From Camelus dromedarius (lineage: Eukaryota): 64,000 nucleotides of DNA. The number at the start of each line of letters is the position of its first letter. Within the stretch, counting starts at the first letter, position 1. Under the pieces are notes generated by a model, which searched no databases, was not told the DNA's origin, and saw only the letters and a program-made list of their open reading frames with translations. Location: positions 114,826,001-114,890,000 of the forward strand of contig NC_087436.1 in the NCBI RefSeq assembly GCF_036321535.1, read 5' to 3'. Shown piece by piece: positions 1 through 12,439 of the stretch. Made by a program: the position numbers and the translations under genes.

Positions 1-494
1 GAATGGCTTCCAACGATCCTAGATTCCTTACATTCAGACTGTTGTGTAATCCCCACACCTTAAAGGTGGGCTGGCCCTGGCCACTCGCTTCTAATGGATA
101 GAACATAGTAGAAGTAGTGATAAGATGGCACTTCCAAGATCAGTCTACAAAGAGACTGTATGTAGCTTTCATCTTGGGTCCTGCTATCTGGCTCTTCCTC
201 TGGGGGATGTGAGCCGTGTGTTGAGAATAGACCCATGTGGCAAAGAACTGATGTCTTAGGGGACCATGTGAATGAGTTTGGGAGCAGATCCTCCCTGTAT
301 CCCCACACCACTCCCATTCCCATCTTGAGGCAAAATGACTGCCCTGGCCAACACCTGTGAGACCCTGAGCCAGGGGACCCAGCTAAGCTGTGCCCAGATT
401 CTAGATCAATAGAAATTATGAGATGGTAAATGTTACTGTATTGAGCTTTTAAATTCTATCTTAACTTGTTATGCAGCAGTGGATGACTAATACA
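1..494 (+). mobile_element. MaLR solo LTR (MLT1E/F-like), cut by window start
   Basis: MLT1-type motifs 'cccagctaagctgtgcccagattc' and the terminal 'ttgttatgcagcagtggatgactaataca'. Confidence 0.75.
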
Positions 495-751
495 AGGAGG
501 GAGCAAGGAATGCCTGTAGTTTGGTTCACTTGAATCCTGAGACGTGGACCACTTTCCTGCGCAGGCACCTCTGCAAGAGAGAGACAGCATCTGGGGAAGT
601 ACTAGAGGTCTTAGTAAGGGCATCACACCCGACCCGTTTGTCAGGCCCCGGAAACAGTCAGCTAGAAGGGAGAATGGAGCTGAGTCCTAGGAGACTGGGA
701 GATGCGATTCTGATGGAGTTGAAGTTGTCACGTACAGGAGAGCTGCTGATC

Positions 752-1176
752 ATGCCTTAGTCAGCTCGGGCTGCTGTAACAAAATACCGTAGACTGATGG
801 CTTAGACAGCAACCATTTATTTCTCACAGTTCTGGAGGCTGGGACGTCCAAGGTCATGGTGCTGGCTGATTCAGTTTTTGATGAGAGCCCCTTTCCTGGC
901 TTTCCAGTGTCCACCTTCATGTGGTGTCCTCACATGGCCACAGTGGAGAGACAGAGAGCTGGGGGGTGGGGGGGGGGGAGAGAGAGAGAGTGCTCCAAGC
1001 TCTCTGGTGTCTTGTCTTATATAGGTATTCATACCATCTCGAGGACCCCATCCTCAAGACTGCATCTAATCCTGATTACTTCTTAAAAGTCCTTGCCTCC
1101 AAATACCATGACACTGTGAGTTAGGGCTTCAACAGAAGGATTTGGGGGGAGACACACATAATTTCAGTTGATAACA
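752..1176 (-). mobile_element. MaLR solo LTR (MLT1A-like)
   Basis: 'ttagtcagctcgggctgctgtaacaaaataccgtagact...tttatttctcacagttctggaggctggga' is the reverse MLT1A 3' end; the element ends '...ttcagttgataaca'. Confidence 0.85.
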
Positions 1177-1329
1177 GTACAGCATCAGAGATTGCAGGCA
1201 GGAGACTGGGGGTGGAGGGTGAGAAATCATGCTTCCCCTAAATATGGTGGAGACACTTGCTTTGTGTGGTTTTGGCCTCCACTTAAGAGAAAGATTGTAG
1301 TGAAGAAAGATGTGAGAGGTCCTGGAATC

Positions 1330-1580
1330 AGGCAGTAGAGTGTGGTGGTTATGAGCCCAGGCACTGGAGCCAAACTGCCTGCATCTGAACTCTGGCTCTG
1401 CCATTTGCAAGCTGTGTAGGCCAGTATGGATTACGTCATTTTACTTAATTTCTTCAGTGCCTCAGTTTGCTCTTTTATAAAATGGGACAATAATAGAGTT
1501 ATTCTGAGGATTAAACAAGTTAATATATGATAGATGCTTAGCACGCTGCCTGGCTTGTAGTTAGCTTTAAATAGCATCAT
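1330..1580 (+). mobile_element. MIR SINE
   Basis: Head 'gcagtagagtgtggtggttatgagc', core 'cagtgcctcagtttgctcttttataaaatggg', tail 'gcttagcacgctgcctggc'. Confidence 0.85.
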
Positions 1581-1599
1581 CGATGTTATTCTTCTTACC

Positions 1600-1805
1600 A
1601 TCAGACTCCCCGGGTTGAAATTCTGGCTGAGGTTGGCTGTGTGTCTATTGGCAAGTAAGTTGTCCTTTTATGCTCCCAGTTTCCTCACCTGTTAACATGC
1701 GAATAATAATACCCTGTCCCATAGGTTTGTTGTGAATGTGAAAAAATAATGCATATGATGTGTGTAGCACCTAGTGAGCCCTCAGTGGAGATCATCTGTT
1801 ATTGT
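1600..1805 (+). mobile_element. MIR SINE
   Basis: Core 'cagtttcctcacctgttaacatgcgaataataataccc...ataggtttgttgtga'. Confidence 0.75.
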
Positions 1806-2041
1806 CTTTCCTCCTTGCTCTGTAAAAGAATTTAGCTCATTGTCCCAACTTGGAGAGTCAATAGGGAATTTGAATTTGCTTTACAGAGATTTACTCTAAA
1901 AGTTTTTTTGAAACACTTCTATTCTAGAAAGGGAGGTGCCCTAGGCTATTTTTTTTTTTCTATCACTATGTATTTCAGTTAAAAACAATCTTGTTGATGG
2001 GTCATGGATTGCAGTGAAAAAGCCTGGACAATGCTGAGCTG

Positions 2042-2305
2042 TTTTTTTTTTTTAATCAAACTATAGTTGATCTACAATACTGTGTTAGTTTCAGGTGTAC
2101 AGTAAAATGATTCAGTTATATCTAATGTGAATATATATAATAGAATATATCTATTCTTTTTCAGATTCTTTTCCATTACAGGTTATTACAGGATATTGAA
2201 TATAGTTCCCTGTGCTATACAGTAGGTTCTTGTTGTTTATCTATATTGTATATAGTGGTGTGTATTTGTTGATCTCATACTCTTAATTTATCCATTCCCC
2301 CTTTC
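2042..2305 (-). mobile_element. L1 3' end (artiodactyl-type 3'UTR), 5'-truncated
   Basis: Poly(T) followed by 'atagttgatctacaat...ttagtttcaggtgtacag...gatattgaatatagttccctgtgctatacagtagg'. It matches in reverse the L1 3' end at ~11050-11270. Confidence 0.85.
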
Positions 2306-2339
2306 TCTTTGGGCTGCTTTGGATTTTTTTTTCTCCCCC

Positions 2340-2500
2340 ATGTGAGTTGAGGAGTCTTAGAAAGTTACTTGCCTCCCTGACCTTCAGTTTCCGTATCTGT
2401 ACAATAGGGGTAATAATGCGTCTTTCACAGGGTTGTCAGAATGATGGGATAATGTAAAGTATACAGACACTCCTTGCCAAGTGCTTGCCCCAGAGTATAA
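2340..2500 (+). mobile_element. MIR fragment
   Basis: 'ttcagtttccgtatctgtacaataggggtaataatg...cacagggttgt'. Confidence 0.65.
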
Positions 2501-3871
2501 ACTGACATCTGTGCGGAGACATCTTCCTCATCCATTCCCAGTGCCTTCTTTTTCTCAGAATGTAGTACCGTCATGTAGTAAGCATTTGTAAATGCTGCCA
2601 GTTAATTAGTTTCATGCAGTGTTGCTGGGTGGCTTAATCCCTGTTCCTAGCACTCCTGGGACTGTATGAAATACAAGACGAGCATTCTTACCATAAAGTT
2701 ATATTAAGGAATTTAATGAACAGAAAATGCCATATACCATCTGCATCAAAATTAAGTATGTGGCCTATGTATAGACACAGAATTCCTGAGCGACCTCATT
2801 CTGTAAAGCCTGTGTGCTCTGCCTGCCCACAGTTCCTGGAGGTGAGACATTTCCTGATGTTGGTTTCGTGGCTTCCCTGGTATCAGAGACTGTGGCTGAA
2901 TGAAGGGGCTTTGGTCTCCCCAAAGCCTGCTCTCACAGGGTATTAAGCTCATGGATGCAGGCTGACTACCTGTATTCAGATGCCAGCTCCAGTACCAACT
3001 AGGGCAAGTCCCTACAATGGTGCCTCAGTTTTCTCCTCTGTAAAATGGTAGCATTAGCCAAGGTAATTATTGCTGGTTGCTGTAACAGGAACTCCCAGTG
3101 GCTTGACACCCTTACACTCTCTTTCTTTCCCACTTTACTGTCTGAAGAAGGAAAGTGTGGAATATTGGGAATGGTGGTGGGAGAGGAGCCACACGCAGAA
3201 GTGGATGCATCCCTTTTGCCTATGCTCCATTAGCCAGAATCCAGGCATAGGAACCTTTTTTGAATCAAGGGGAGTGGTGGTGGGAAAACTGCTGTGTGGT
3301 GAGGGGAGATGCAACCGTGAACAACTGACGTTGTCTCTGCCACAGTGAAGATAACGGTCCTGTCTCCCAGGGATGCTGCGATGATTACACGTGTGGGGCA
3401 CTGCCTTCCGCATGGTAAACCCTCAGTAGGTCATAGCTCTCTCTGCGCTTTCCCTCATCATCAGCATGGCCATCAGTTTGTCTCATGGTCCTTCCCCGTC
3501 GAGCAGTGGTTTCAGGGAATCCAAGGGAGGTAGGAATCACTCTTCTTGGAACCACAGTCTCGGGCCTAGTGTCAGATCCTCACTAGGGACATGGCTAAAA
3601 TTTGCCCAAGTTGGCATCTTTTGATAATTTGTGCTTCTTGCTGTTGACTTGGGCTGCCCAGTTGGCTTTTGTCATCGGTAGTTCCAGGTTAATTTCTTGC
3701 TGATTTCATGGGTGTAGAGAGTGGGGAGGGGAACTTGATGAGCTTTTGGAGAAGAGTGGTCACTAGTGTAAACCTTCCCCATCCTTTGTCTTTGCCTAAG
3801 GGTTATTTCTCATCTTCATTGGATTCTCTGTTCTGCAGTTAGTCTGCCAGAATTTTAGGCTTCTCATGTTC

Positions 3872-4075
3872 TCTTATTCATCCATTCATTGATTCAAAAA
3901 GTACTTATTGAGTGTCTGTCATGCACTAGGCATTACTGGGGAATATATCAGTGAACAAAAATTACAAACATCTCTATCCTCATGGATCCTGCATGAGGTG
4001 GAGTCAACACTAAATGTAAGTCTAATAAGGCTAATAAGACTGCGATGAGCGCCATGAAAAAAAACGAGCATCATG
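3872..4075 (-). mobile_element. L2 3' end
   Basis: 'ttcatccattcattgattcaaaaagtacttattgagtgtctgtcatgcactaggca' is the reverse L2 tail. Confidence 0.75.
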
Positions 4076-4086
4076 AGCAAGGTGAG

Positions 4087-4421
4087 TGTTAGGGACTGAA
4101 TGTTTGTGTGCCCCTCAGCATTCGTATGTTGAAATCCAACTTCCAGTGTGATCGTATTAGGAGGTGGAGCTTTGGGGAGGTAACAAGGTCATCAGGTTCG
4201 AGCCATTGTGAATGGAATTAGTGCCCTTAAAAGAAGGGACCAGAGAGCTAGCTCATCGTATATCTGCCATGTGAAACAAAGAAAAGTGGGCACCAACCCC
4301 CATCATGCTGCACCCTGGTCTTGGACTTCCAGCCTCCAGAACTGGGAGAGATAAATGTTTATTGTTTAAACTATACAGTCCTATTTTTAGAGTAATTTGT
4401 TAGAGCAGCCCTAACTAAGAT
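4087..4421 (+). mobile_element. MaLR solo LTR (MLT1A0-like)
   Basis: Starts 'tgttagggactgaatgtttgtgtgcccc', contains 'cttggacttccagcctccagaactg', ends 'gcagccctaactaaga'. Confidence 0.85.
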
Positions 4422-4464
4422 GATAAGATACATTAGGTGTGTTAGAAACAGGGAGAGCTGAAGT

Positions 4465-4715
4465 TTTTTTGTTTTTTGGTTTGTTTGTTTTAATTAATAG
4501 ACTGTTTTTTAGGACGGTTTCAGGTATACAGGTAACCTAAGCAGAAAGTACAGAGAGTCCCCATATACCCTTGTTCCCCTGTGTGCGGTTTCCTCTGTTA
4601 TTAACGTCTCACAGGAGTGTGGTGCGTATGTTACAACTCATGAACCGATGTTGATACATTATTATTCACTAAAGTCCATAATTTAAGTTAGGATTCACCG
4701 TGTTGTACAGTTCAC
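4465..4715 (-). mobile_element. Old L1 3'UTR fragment (L1MC/MD-like)
   Basis: 'gcagaaagtacagagagtccccatatacc...gatacattattattcactaaagtccata'. Confidence 0.75.
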
Positions 4716-4738
4716 GAGTGAGCTGTCATTTTAAAAAG

Positions 4739-4970
4739 CGTAGTGTATCAGGTACCTCTTGTGCCCATGTGACATCCTCCCAGCTCTCCTTTTAATTACA
4801 TCCTGATTGAGTTGTGGCTTTTCTACCTGCTTCCTATGACACCTGCTGGACATCACTCAGCCGTTCTGATGAAGGCACGTGCAAGCCTGGATCCACAAGG
4901 GTATTAAGATTTTCGCAAGGAAACCTTTGACCAATGGAGGGTGGGAGCTGGTGGATGGCAGCCTAAAGCC
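4739..4970 (+). mobile_element. ERVL-class LTR fragment (LTR16/LTR40-like)
   Basis: Starts 'tgtagtgtatc'; contains 'ctttgaccaatggagggtgggagctggtggat'. Confidence 0.4.
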
Positions 4971-5994
4971 ATTGAACATGAGGGCTGCGATCTATCTAAT
5001 TAATGTTCTTGTTGATCGTGTAACAGGCCCAGAGAGGCTAAGAGGTTTCCCAGGGACACACAGCTCATCAGCAGATGTTCTGAGGATGAGATCCTCAGCC
5101 GCGGGGCTCCCAGTACAGTGCTCTGTCAAGGCAGGGAATAGAGAAAGAGAAAGCACTCTGTCACTGGGCTCCAGCTGAAAGCACAGATCAAGGATAATCA
5201 CCCTGCTGACCAGTCTTCTTGCCTTGGTTTACATCACTGTTATTTTTTCCCCTGTTATTATTACTAAGCAATATATTCAATATTTTATAAAAGAAAAATA
5301 AATACCTGCTTTTTAAAGAGCAGTTTCCAGTGACTCATTTAGGAGGAAATCTCCTTAGAAACTGGGATATTGGAAGATTGAAAACTTTGAACGGTTTGTT
5401 TTTCTGTCCTGGACTTAGATTCTGTGAAAGTTTCTGCATTGATAGCTCAGGGGGTTGAAATATCATTTTCATCCCTTTTCCTTGTCCCTGGGAAGGTCAC
5501 AGAGCCTGCCTGACCTGCCATCATCCCTGGATGCCACAGTGCGACTTGAATGTGACCCACGCTGACCACATCTCCAGGGTGTTCAAGCCGTTTCCATATT
5601 CATGTAGTTACTGGGCTTTTTATGTGTTTTTTTTTTTTTATGACCATGAAATTGAGAGATGAAGAGGCCTGGATGCTGCCAAGTCCGTGTGGCCAGGGCT
5701 CCGTGTGAGTCCCCTCGCTTTGCCAGCGCCCTTCATTCCTGACGGCGGCTTCCCTCCCGTTCCTTCCTGTCCTCGTCTTCCCGGCAGCGCCAGCAGCGCT
5801 CAGCAGGCCCAACTGATTCGTGAGGTCTAAGAGTCGGGGACTTTAGTGATTAGGGGAAACAACTGTCCCCTCGTGTGACCAGAAGTAGATGTTCAATATT
5901 TGGCTTTTGTTTATCACACCCTTATTCTGAAATACAAAAACGAGACAGAAAGAGTTAATAGTGTGACCTTTGGAAATCATTTTTTAAATTTGTG

Positions 5995-6300
5995 TAATGT
6001 AATAGCAACTAACCTTTATATAGGGCTTACAATGGGGCAGGCTCTCTTTTAAACACTTTATATGGAATATGTCATTTAGTTCTCAGTATAAGACAGTATC
6101 CATGAGATACTATCTATCTGTCTATCTCCCTATCTACCTACCTACCTACCTACCATCTGGCTATCATCTGTTGATCCGTCATCCATCTAACATCATCATT
6201 TTCATCATCATCATCATCATCACTATTTACTAGGCAAATAAAGGGCTAGGAGTTGATCCCCATCAGTCTGGCTCCAGAGTCCATGCTCTCAACTACTACA
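5995..6300 (-). mobile_element. MIR interrupted by a CTAT/CTAC/CAT simple repeat
   Basis: Reverse MIR tail 'aatagcaactaacctttatatagggcttac' and head 'cagtctggctccagagtccatgctctcaactacta'; microsatellite at ~6110-6225. Confidence 0.7.
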
Positions 6301-7337
6301 TAAAAAAGTTAGAAAGGGAAGGAATCAACACAGCCAGCCTTCTCATTCACATATGTGGACATTCACTCACGTGGTTCAGAGAGGGGAACTAACTCTTCTG
6401 AAATCACACAGCAAGTTAGTGGCTGCTTATTTCCAATCTGAAGTTCTTTTCCTTCTTGCACAGTGAATCTCTGTCCCTCAGGTGTAGGGAGAGAGCCTAA
6501 TGCATTAGGTATCAGAGATGGAAGCAAATACTGAATGACTTTATGCGAGGTAGAGTAACCTGCTTAGAAAAGCAAGGAGGCGGCAGAGCAAGTGGGGAGT
6601 ATGTGTGTTGGGGGAAGGACGACGCTGAATTTAGAAATTGTGCTGCATTAGGCTCTGGCCAAACTCCAACAATTTTTATTCAATATTATTATTTTTACGT
6701 GAAAAGGAACCTGCAACAGTTTAGGCTCAGCTATTTGCCTTCAGGCATTGGTTTGTCAAATATGGGTCCAGTGCCAGTCAAGCAGTGAGTGTTCATGGGT
6801 GGCATGTGTCTGTGTGTGTGTGTATGTGTTCTGTGCTCAGGTGTTTGCATGTGCCCTTCTCTGTGTGTGTCCATGGTGTTGGCATAAAAGGCAAAGCATC
6901 CTAGGACTTACTGGCTACTTCTTACCTCCAACCCACCTCCCTAATGTGTCAAGAATTATAAATTAATCACCTGGCTGGCTTGCACTGAACTTACTAGTGT
7001 TTATGAAAGGGAATTCATTGGATATGCCTGTTAATGGAACACGTGTAATAATACTAAAGCCTGTGATTAAAAAGAAATTTAAGACTCACGAGTTTTTAAT
7101 AGAAAAACATATCATTTGAGTGTTTATTTGCTGGTGTAAAATGGCTGAAATTTTTTAACGGGAGGGGTGCCTTTTTTTAATTTTAGAAGGATCATGGTGT
7201 TCACACTGAAAGTTAGCAGTAGTTTTGCAGAAGCCCTTTTAGATTGTGTTTAGCAGAGGACTCCTGATAAAGCAGAAGCTGTTAATGGTTTCATTCTTTG
7301 ATGGAAATAGATTGCAGAGTAATTCTACCCATAAGTG

Positions 7338-7690
7338 TTATTCATTCATTCATCAAAAACGTACTGCATACCTATCATGTGTTAAGCACAGGGCTGCATT
7401 GGGATTCAGAGATGGAAACCCTTGATCTTACCCTTAGATGACCCACAGTTTGATGAAGGGAAGACAGGTGAAGAAATAGTCTCAGTACTTGTCCTGATAG
7501 AGGGGTGGAAAGGGCAGTGAGGTTAGGCCAGGAGTCAGAGGCTGTCCAAAGGAGGCAGGATTTAAGCTGAATGAGATTTATCCAGTTAACCAAGGTAGGG
7601 AAGGCTTAATCAAAGGATAGTATTGCAAATTCACGGGGTCTTGGGAGCAAGTTGTGTTGGAGAGAACCATCAGCTGTTTCTACTGTTAGA
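7338..7690 (-). mobile_element. L2 3' portion
   Basis: 'ttattcattcattcatcaaaaacgtactgcatacctatcatgtgttaagcacagggc'. Confidence 0.7.
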
Positions 7691-8279
7691 GAGTAAGTGC
7701 CAGTGATCTAACAAATAATTACTGCTCAGATTCTCTCATTCACCCATTTATTCATTCAGTTGCATAAAGCTGCTGTTCTTGTTCATCTGAGTGTAGATAT
7801 ATACATGCACACAAATATATGTGCACACATATATGTATATGTTAATGTTTCTTGGCAAAATGTGGTATTTGATTTTCTTAAGTTTTAGTGAGATTTAATC
7901 ATCCACATTATTTTATGGAGAGGTGTAGAAAGTTCTGCATGTAAAATGGAGCTGGTTGATTTTGGCTTTTCAGAAGTTTGCCTGTGGGTTTTTTAGAAAT
8001 CTTTTTATTTTCCAGGGAAAGTTTGCATAATTTCTCCACAAATCCTATTTATCTTCCGAAATGGCAAGGAGAACAAACTGTTTTGGGTTTCACAGAACTG
8101 GAAGACTGCAAAATGTCTACATGTTTTCAGGATATCTGAGTATAGGTTTAGGAGTTTGAGATGTCTTGAAGAGAAAAGTTGTTTTAGTTCTACTTTTTAT
8201 TTTTAGCCTTGCTGGTAGATTTTAGGAAAGTCAAAATAAGGTCCTGTGCATTTGGGTTTTCTAAAGCTCAAACAAATAT

Positions 8280-8630
8280 GCATTCATTAACTGTTCATTC
8301 ACTAAGTATTGATTAAGCACTCATAGTGAACTTTAAAAGGAGATGTGAGATGAAACCAATTCAGCCTCTATTCTCAAGTTCGCAATCTGTTGAGCGTGAG
8401 GAACAAATAAAGCGGTTGGGGGAAATGGAGTTTACTGTGGAAAACATATTGAAAAAGGAGAGGTATAAGTTAAGCCTTGAAGAACTAATATGGCAGAACC
8501 AGGAGTGTGAATTCCAAGCAGAGGAATAATCATGGACTGTGACAGGGAGGTGAGACTAAGCAATAATCTGATTTTTGAAGGGTGGTTGACATGTCAGAAT
8601 GAGATTTTAAGTTTATATTTTGAGGCCAGT
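8280..8630 (-). mobile_element. L2 fragment
   Basis: 'cattcattaactgttcattcactaagtattgattaagcac...taagccttgaaga...attccaagcagaggaataatc'. Confidence 0.6.
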
Positions 8631-9059
8631 CAACTCTGCTGCTTCCCAGACATGGAAATGATAGATAAAATATAGTAAAAGGGAAAAAATCCTCCACGGT
8701 TGTTCAAAAATAGGATACTCATCTCTGTGCTGCAGGGAGCAGGGGAGGATTGGAGTTTAGACCCTATGGTGCAATTAGGACTAAATTGCCCTAATGGTGC
8801 CAGGATCACTGTTTCTCAAAAGTGCTGGAATGTGGTTCTCCCTGCTGGTGTGAAAAGTTGCTGCTTTTTACTTTGTATGAAGATGTGTACCTTTGAGTTA
8901 TTAGCCAAGAGACTCTCCTGGCTAGTGACTGTGTCTATGAATGCCTCTGGGGGCAAGAGCTCCTTGATTCCAATAAAAGACCTAGCTCTGGCCAAGAGTT
9001 TCAGGGGCTCAGGTGAAGGCAGAAAAGGTTAGACGTGAAGGAGTACATAAAAACAAACG

Positions 9060-9290
9060 TATTTACCCCCACGTCAGAGAGAAAAACAATAATACTCCAT
9101 TCAAAAATGTGCCCACAAACCAAAGTTATAAAACACATGAAAATATTAAAAGGTGGTCAATAAAATCTGTGACTGGATGTGTCAAGGCACATAAAATAGA
9201 TTTAATAAAACAGTCTGAAAAAGATTTGCAAAAAAATATATGAGGGGTGATTAAGAATCATAAAGGAATACATCATGAACAAAACCAGGC
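9060..9290 (+). mobile_element. Ancient L1/HAL1 ORF1 N-terminal remnant (host of the nested L1)
   Basis: A-rich sequence resembling the start of old L1 ORF1 ('ttataaaacacatgaaaa...ataaaggaatacatcatgaacaaaa'). Confidence 0.45.
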
Positions 9291-9480
9291 TATTAATCTT
9301 GTATCCTGCAATTTTACTGAATTTGTTGATTAGTTCTAATAGTGGAGACTTTAGTTTTCTTTGTAGAGTATCATGTCATCTGCAAATAGTGACAATTTTA
9401 TTTCTTCCTTTCCAAACTGGATGCTTTTATTTCTTTTTCTTGTCTGATTGCTGTGACTAGGACTTCTAATACTATGTTAG
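9291..9480 (-). mobile_element. Inverted 5' segment of L1 ORF2 (reverse-transcriptase region)
   Basis: The minus strand encodes, with frameshifts, NIVLEVLVTAIRQEKEIK...LFADDMIL...LELINKFSKIAGYKIN, the L1 RT F/YADD region. Confidence 0.9.
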
Positions 9481-9511
9481 TGTATGACATGTAATAGTGT
9501 AATGAAATGTA

Positions 9512-11275
9512 AAACCAAGGAAGTGAAAAACTCATACCCTGAAGCCTATAAAACTTTGTGAAGGAAACTGAAGATAATACAAAGAGGTAGAAAGACACCT
9601 CATGTCCTTGGATTGGAAGAATTAATATTGTTAAAATGTCCATTCTACTCAGAAGGATACACAGATTTAATGGAATTCCTATCAAAATACCCATGACATT
9701 TTTCACAAAACAAGTAATTCTAAAATTTATAAGGAACCACAAAAGACCCTGAATTGCCAAAGCAATCTTGAGAGAAAAGAACATAGCTGGAGGTATCATG
9801 CATCTTGACTTCAGACTATACTACAAAGCTATAGGAATCAAAACTGCATGGTACTGCCACAGACACATAGTTAAGTGGGACAGAATAGAGAGCCCAGAAA
9901 TAAACCTACACACTTACGGTCAATTAAATCTATGACAACAGAGGCAAGATATACAATGGAGAAAAGACACTCTCTTTATTAAGTGGTGCTGGGAAAACTG
10001 GACAGCTACATGTAAAAGAATGAAATTAGAGCATTTTGTCACACTATGTACAAAAATAAACTCAAGATAGCTTAAAGATCTAAATGTAAGACCTAAAACC
10101 ATAAAACTCCTAGAAGAGAACATAGGTAGAACATTCTTTAGCATAAATCATAGCAATATTTTTTTTGGTCTGTCTCCCAAGGCAAAGAAACAAAAGGAAA
10201 AATAAACAGATGGGGGCTAATTAAACTTCAAAGCTTTTGCACATCAAGGGAAACCACTGAAAAAATTAAAAGACAACCTACTGAATGGGGGAAAATATTT
10301 GCAAATGATATGACTGATTAGAAACAACTCACATGTCTCAATATAAAAAACAAACAAACAAACAACTTGATTGAAAATGAGCAGAAGACCTAAATAGACA
10401 TTTTTCCAAAGAAGACACACAGATGACCAGCAGGCACATGAAAAGATACTCAGTGGCAATAATCACAGGAGAAATGCAAATCAAAACCACAATGAAATAT
10501 CACCCCACACCTGTCAGAGTGGTTCTCTTCAAAATGACCACAAGGAACAAATGTTGGTGAGGATGTGGAGAAAAGGGAATCCTTGTACACTGTTGGTGGG
10601 AATGTAAATTGGTGTAGCCACTGTGGAAAACAGGATGGAGATTCCTCAAAAACCTAAAAATAGAACTGTCATATGATCCAGCAATTCCACTCCTGGGTAT
10701 AGATCCAAAGAAAATGAATAAAACTAATTCGAAAAGATACATGCACCTAAATGTTCATAGCAGCATTATCTTCAGTAGCCAAGAAATGCAAGCAGCCCAT
10801 GTGTCCATCAACAGATGAATGGATAAAGAAGATACATATATAATTAAATAAATATATGTATATTATTACTCAGCCATAGAAAAGAATGAAACTGCTGTTT
10901 GCAATAATGTAGATGGCCCTGGAGGGTATTATGCTTAATGAAATAAGTCAGAGAAGGCCAAATACTATATATCACTTATATGTGGAATCTAAAAAATTAT
11001 ACAAATGAATGTGTATTGCAGAAACAGACTCACAGACAGAGAACAAACTAGTGGTCACCAGTGGAGGGGGCAGGGATAGGGGATTAAGAAATACAAACTA
11101 CATGTATAAAATAAATAAGCTGCAAGGATATATTGTACAGCACAGGGAAATATAGCCAGTATTTTGTAATAACTTTAAATGGAACATAATCTATAAAAAT
11201 AGAATTACTATGTTGTACACCTGAAACTACAATAACATGGTAAATCAACTATTCTTTAATAAAAAAGTTTAAAAA
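9512..11275 (+). mobile_element. L1 ORF2 3' part, 3'UTR and A-rich tail (decayed)
   Basis: Degenerate ORF2 (TKEVK...[16 protein letters not shown]...[13 protein letters not shown]), Cys-rich C-terminal region at ~10545-10610, 3'UTR, and 'aataaaaaag' tail. Contains stops and frameshifts. Confidence 0.95.
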
Positions 11276-11279
11276 TGAC

Positions 11280-11928
11280 CAATCTTAAAGCTAACAGAGA
11301 GAAGAGGTAAGTTAACAACAACAACAAAAAATGACATACAATGACAGTGATTTCTCCTTATCATAAAGATGCTAAAAGGCAATGAATCAATATCTTCAGG
11401 GTGATGAGAGAAAATAACTGTCAATTTATAATTTTAGATCCAAAAAAACTATAAGAGGGAGGTATAAATAAAATTTCAGACAAAGATTAAAGAATTTATC
11501 ATCCACAGCTTTTACTAAAAAAAAAAAAAGATGTGCTTAAAAAATGAAAAGTAAAACCAGAAAGATGAATAGATGCAAGTAAAAATAGCGAGTACATTAA
11601 CAAAATATCTTAGTATATTTAATGAAGGTAAACACAGCTTACCAAGAAACATATAAAACTAAATGTCCAGATAATATAGAAAAAGAATAGATACTAGATT
11701 ATAACAGAATGGTTAAAACATGATAAAGTCCTTGATTTGTTTATAGGAGGACAAAAATAGTGAATAATCCTAGACTTGTTAGAAAATTATAAAAGGTTAA
11801 TGTTAAATACTAAAATATAAACACAATTTATATATTGCCAACCAACAGTGAAAAAAGAAAGAATTGTAGACATCTCAGAGAATTAAAAAAATGAGAGCAA
11901 AAGAAGTTAAGAAAAAGAACAATAAAGT
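11280..11928 (+). mobile_element. Ancient L1/HAL1 ORF1 C-terminal half and downstream spacer
   Basis: 'aatcttaaagctaacagagagaag...aggcaatgaatcaatatcttcagggtgatgagagaaaataactgtcaa...tttcagacaaagattaaagaattt' resembles degenerate ILKAAREK...RQWxxIFKVLxENNCQ...FSDK. Confidence 0.7.
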
Positions 11929-11929
11929 A

Positions 11930-12416
11930 CATTTTATGTATCAACTTGACTGGGCTAAGGGATGCCCGGATCTGGTAAAGCAGTATTTCTGTGTGTGTCT
12001 GCTAGAGTGATTCCAGAAGCACTTAGCATTTGAGTTGGTAAACTGAGTAAAGCATTTGGCCCTCCCCAATGTGGGTGGTCACCATCCAATCCACCGAGGG
12101 CTCAAGTAACAACAAAAAGTTGGAGGAAGGGCAAATTCCCTCTTTCTGCTTGAGCTGAGACATCCCTCGTCTCCTGTTCTCAGATACTGGCTCTTGGGTT
12201 TTCAGACTCGGAGTGGAAATTTCACCATCAGCTTCCCAGTTCTCAGGCCTTCAGACTCGGACTGAATTACACCCCCGGCACCCCAGGTCTCCAGCGTGCA
12301 GACAGCAGATCATGGGACTTCTTGGCCTCCATAATCAGGTGAGCCAATCCCTACAATAAATCTCGTCATATATATATATATGTCACTGATTCTGCTTCTC
12401 TGGAGAATCCTAGCAC
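11930..12416 (+). mobile_element. ERVL solo LTR (MLT2-type)
   Basis: 'ttttatgtatcaacttgactgggctaagggatgccc...ctccccaatgtgggtgg...gtgagccaatccctacaataaatctc...ctctggagaatcct'. Confidence 0.9.
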
Positions 12417-12439
12417 AAATGATAAATGAGAACAAAAAA

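Noticed and set aside
9398..10742. Minus-strand ORFs of 71-133 aa
   Set aside because: These are antisense frames of decayed L1 ORF2. Only the NIVLEVL...KEIK part is sense L1 sequence, from the inverted segment.
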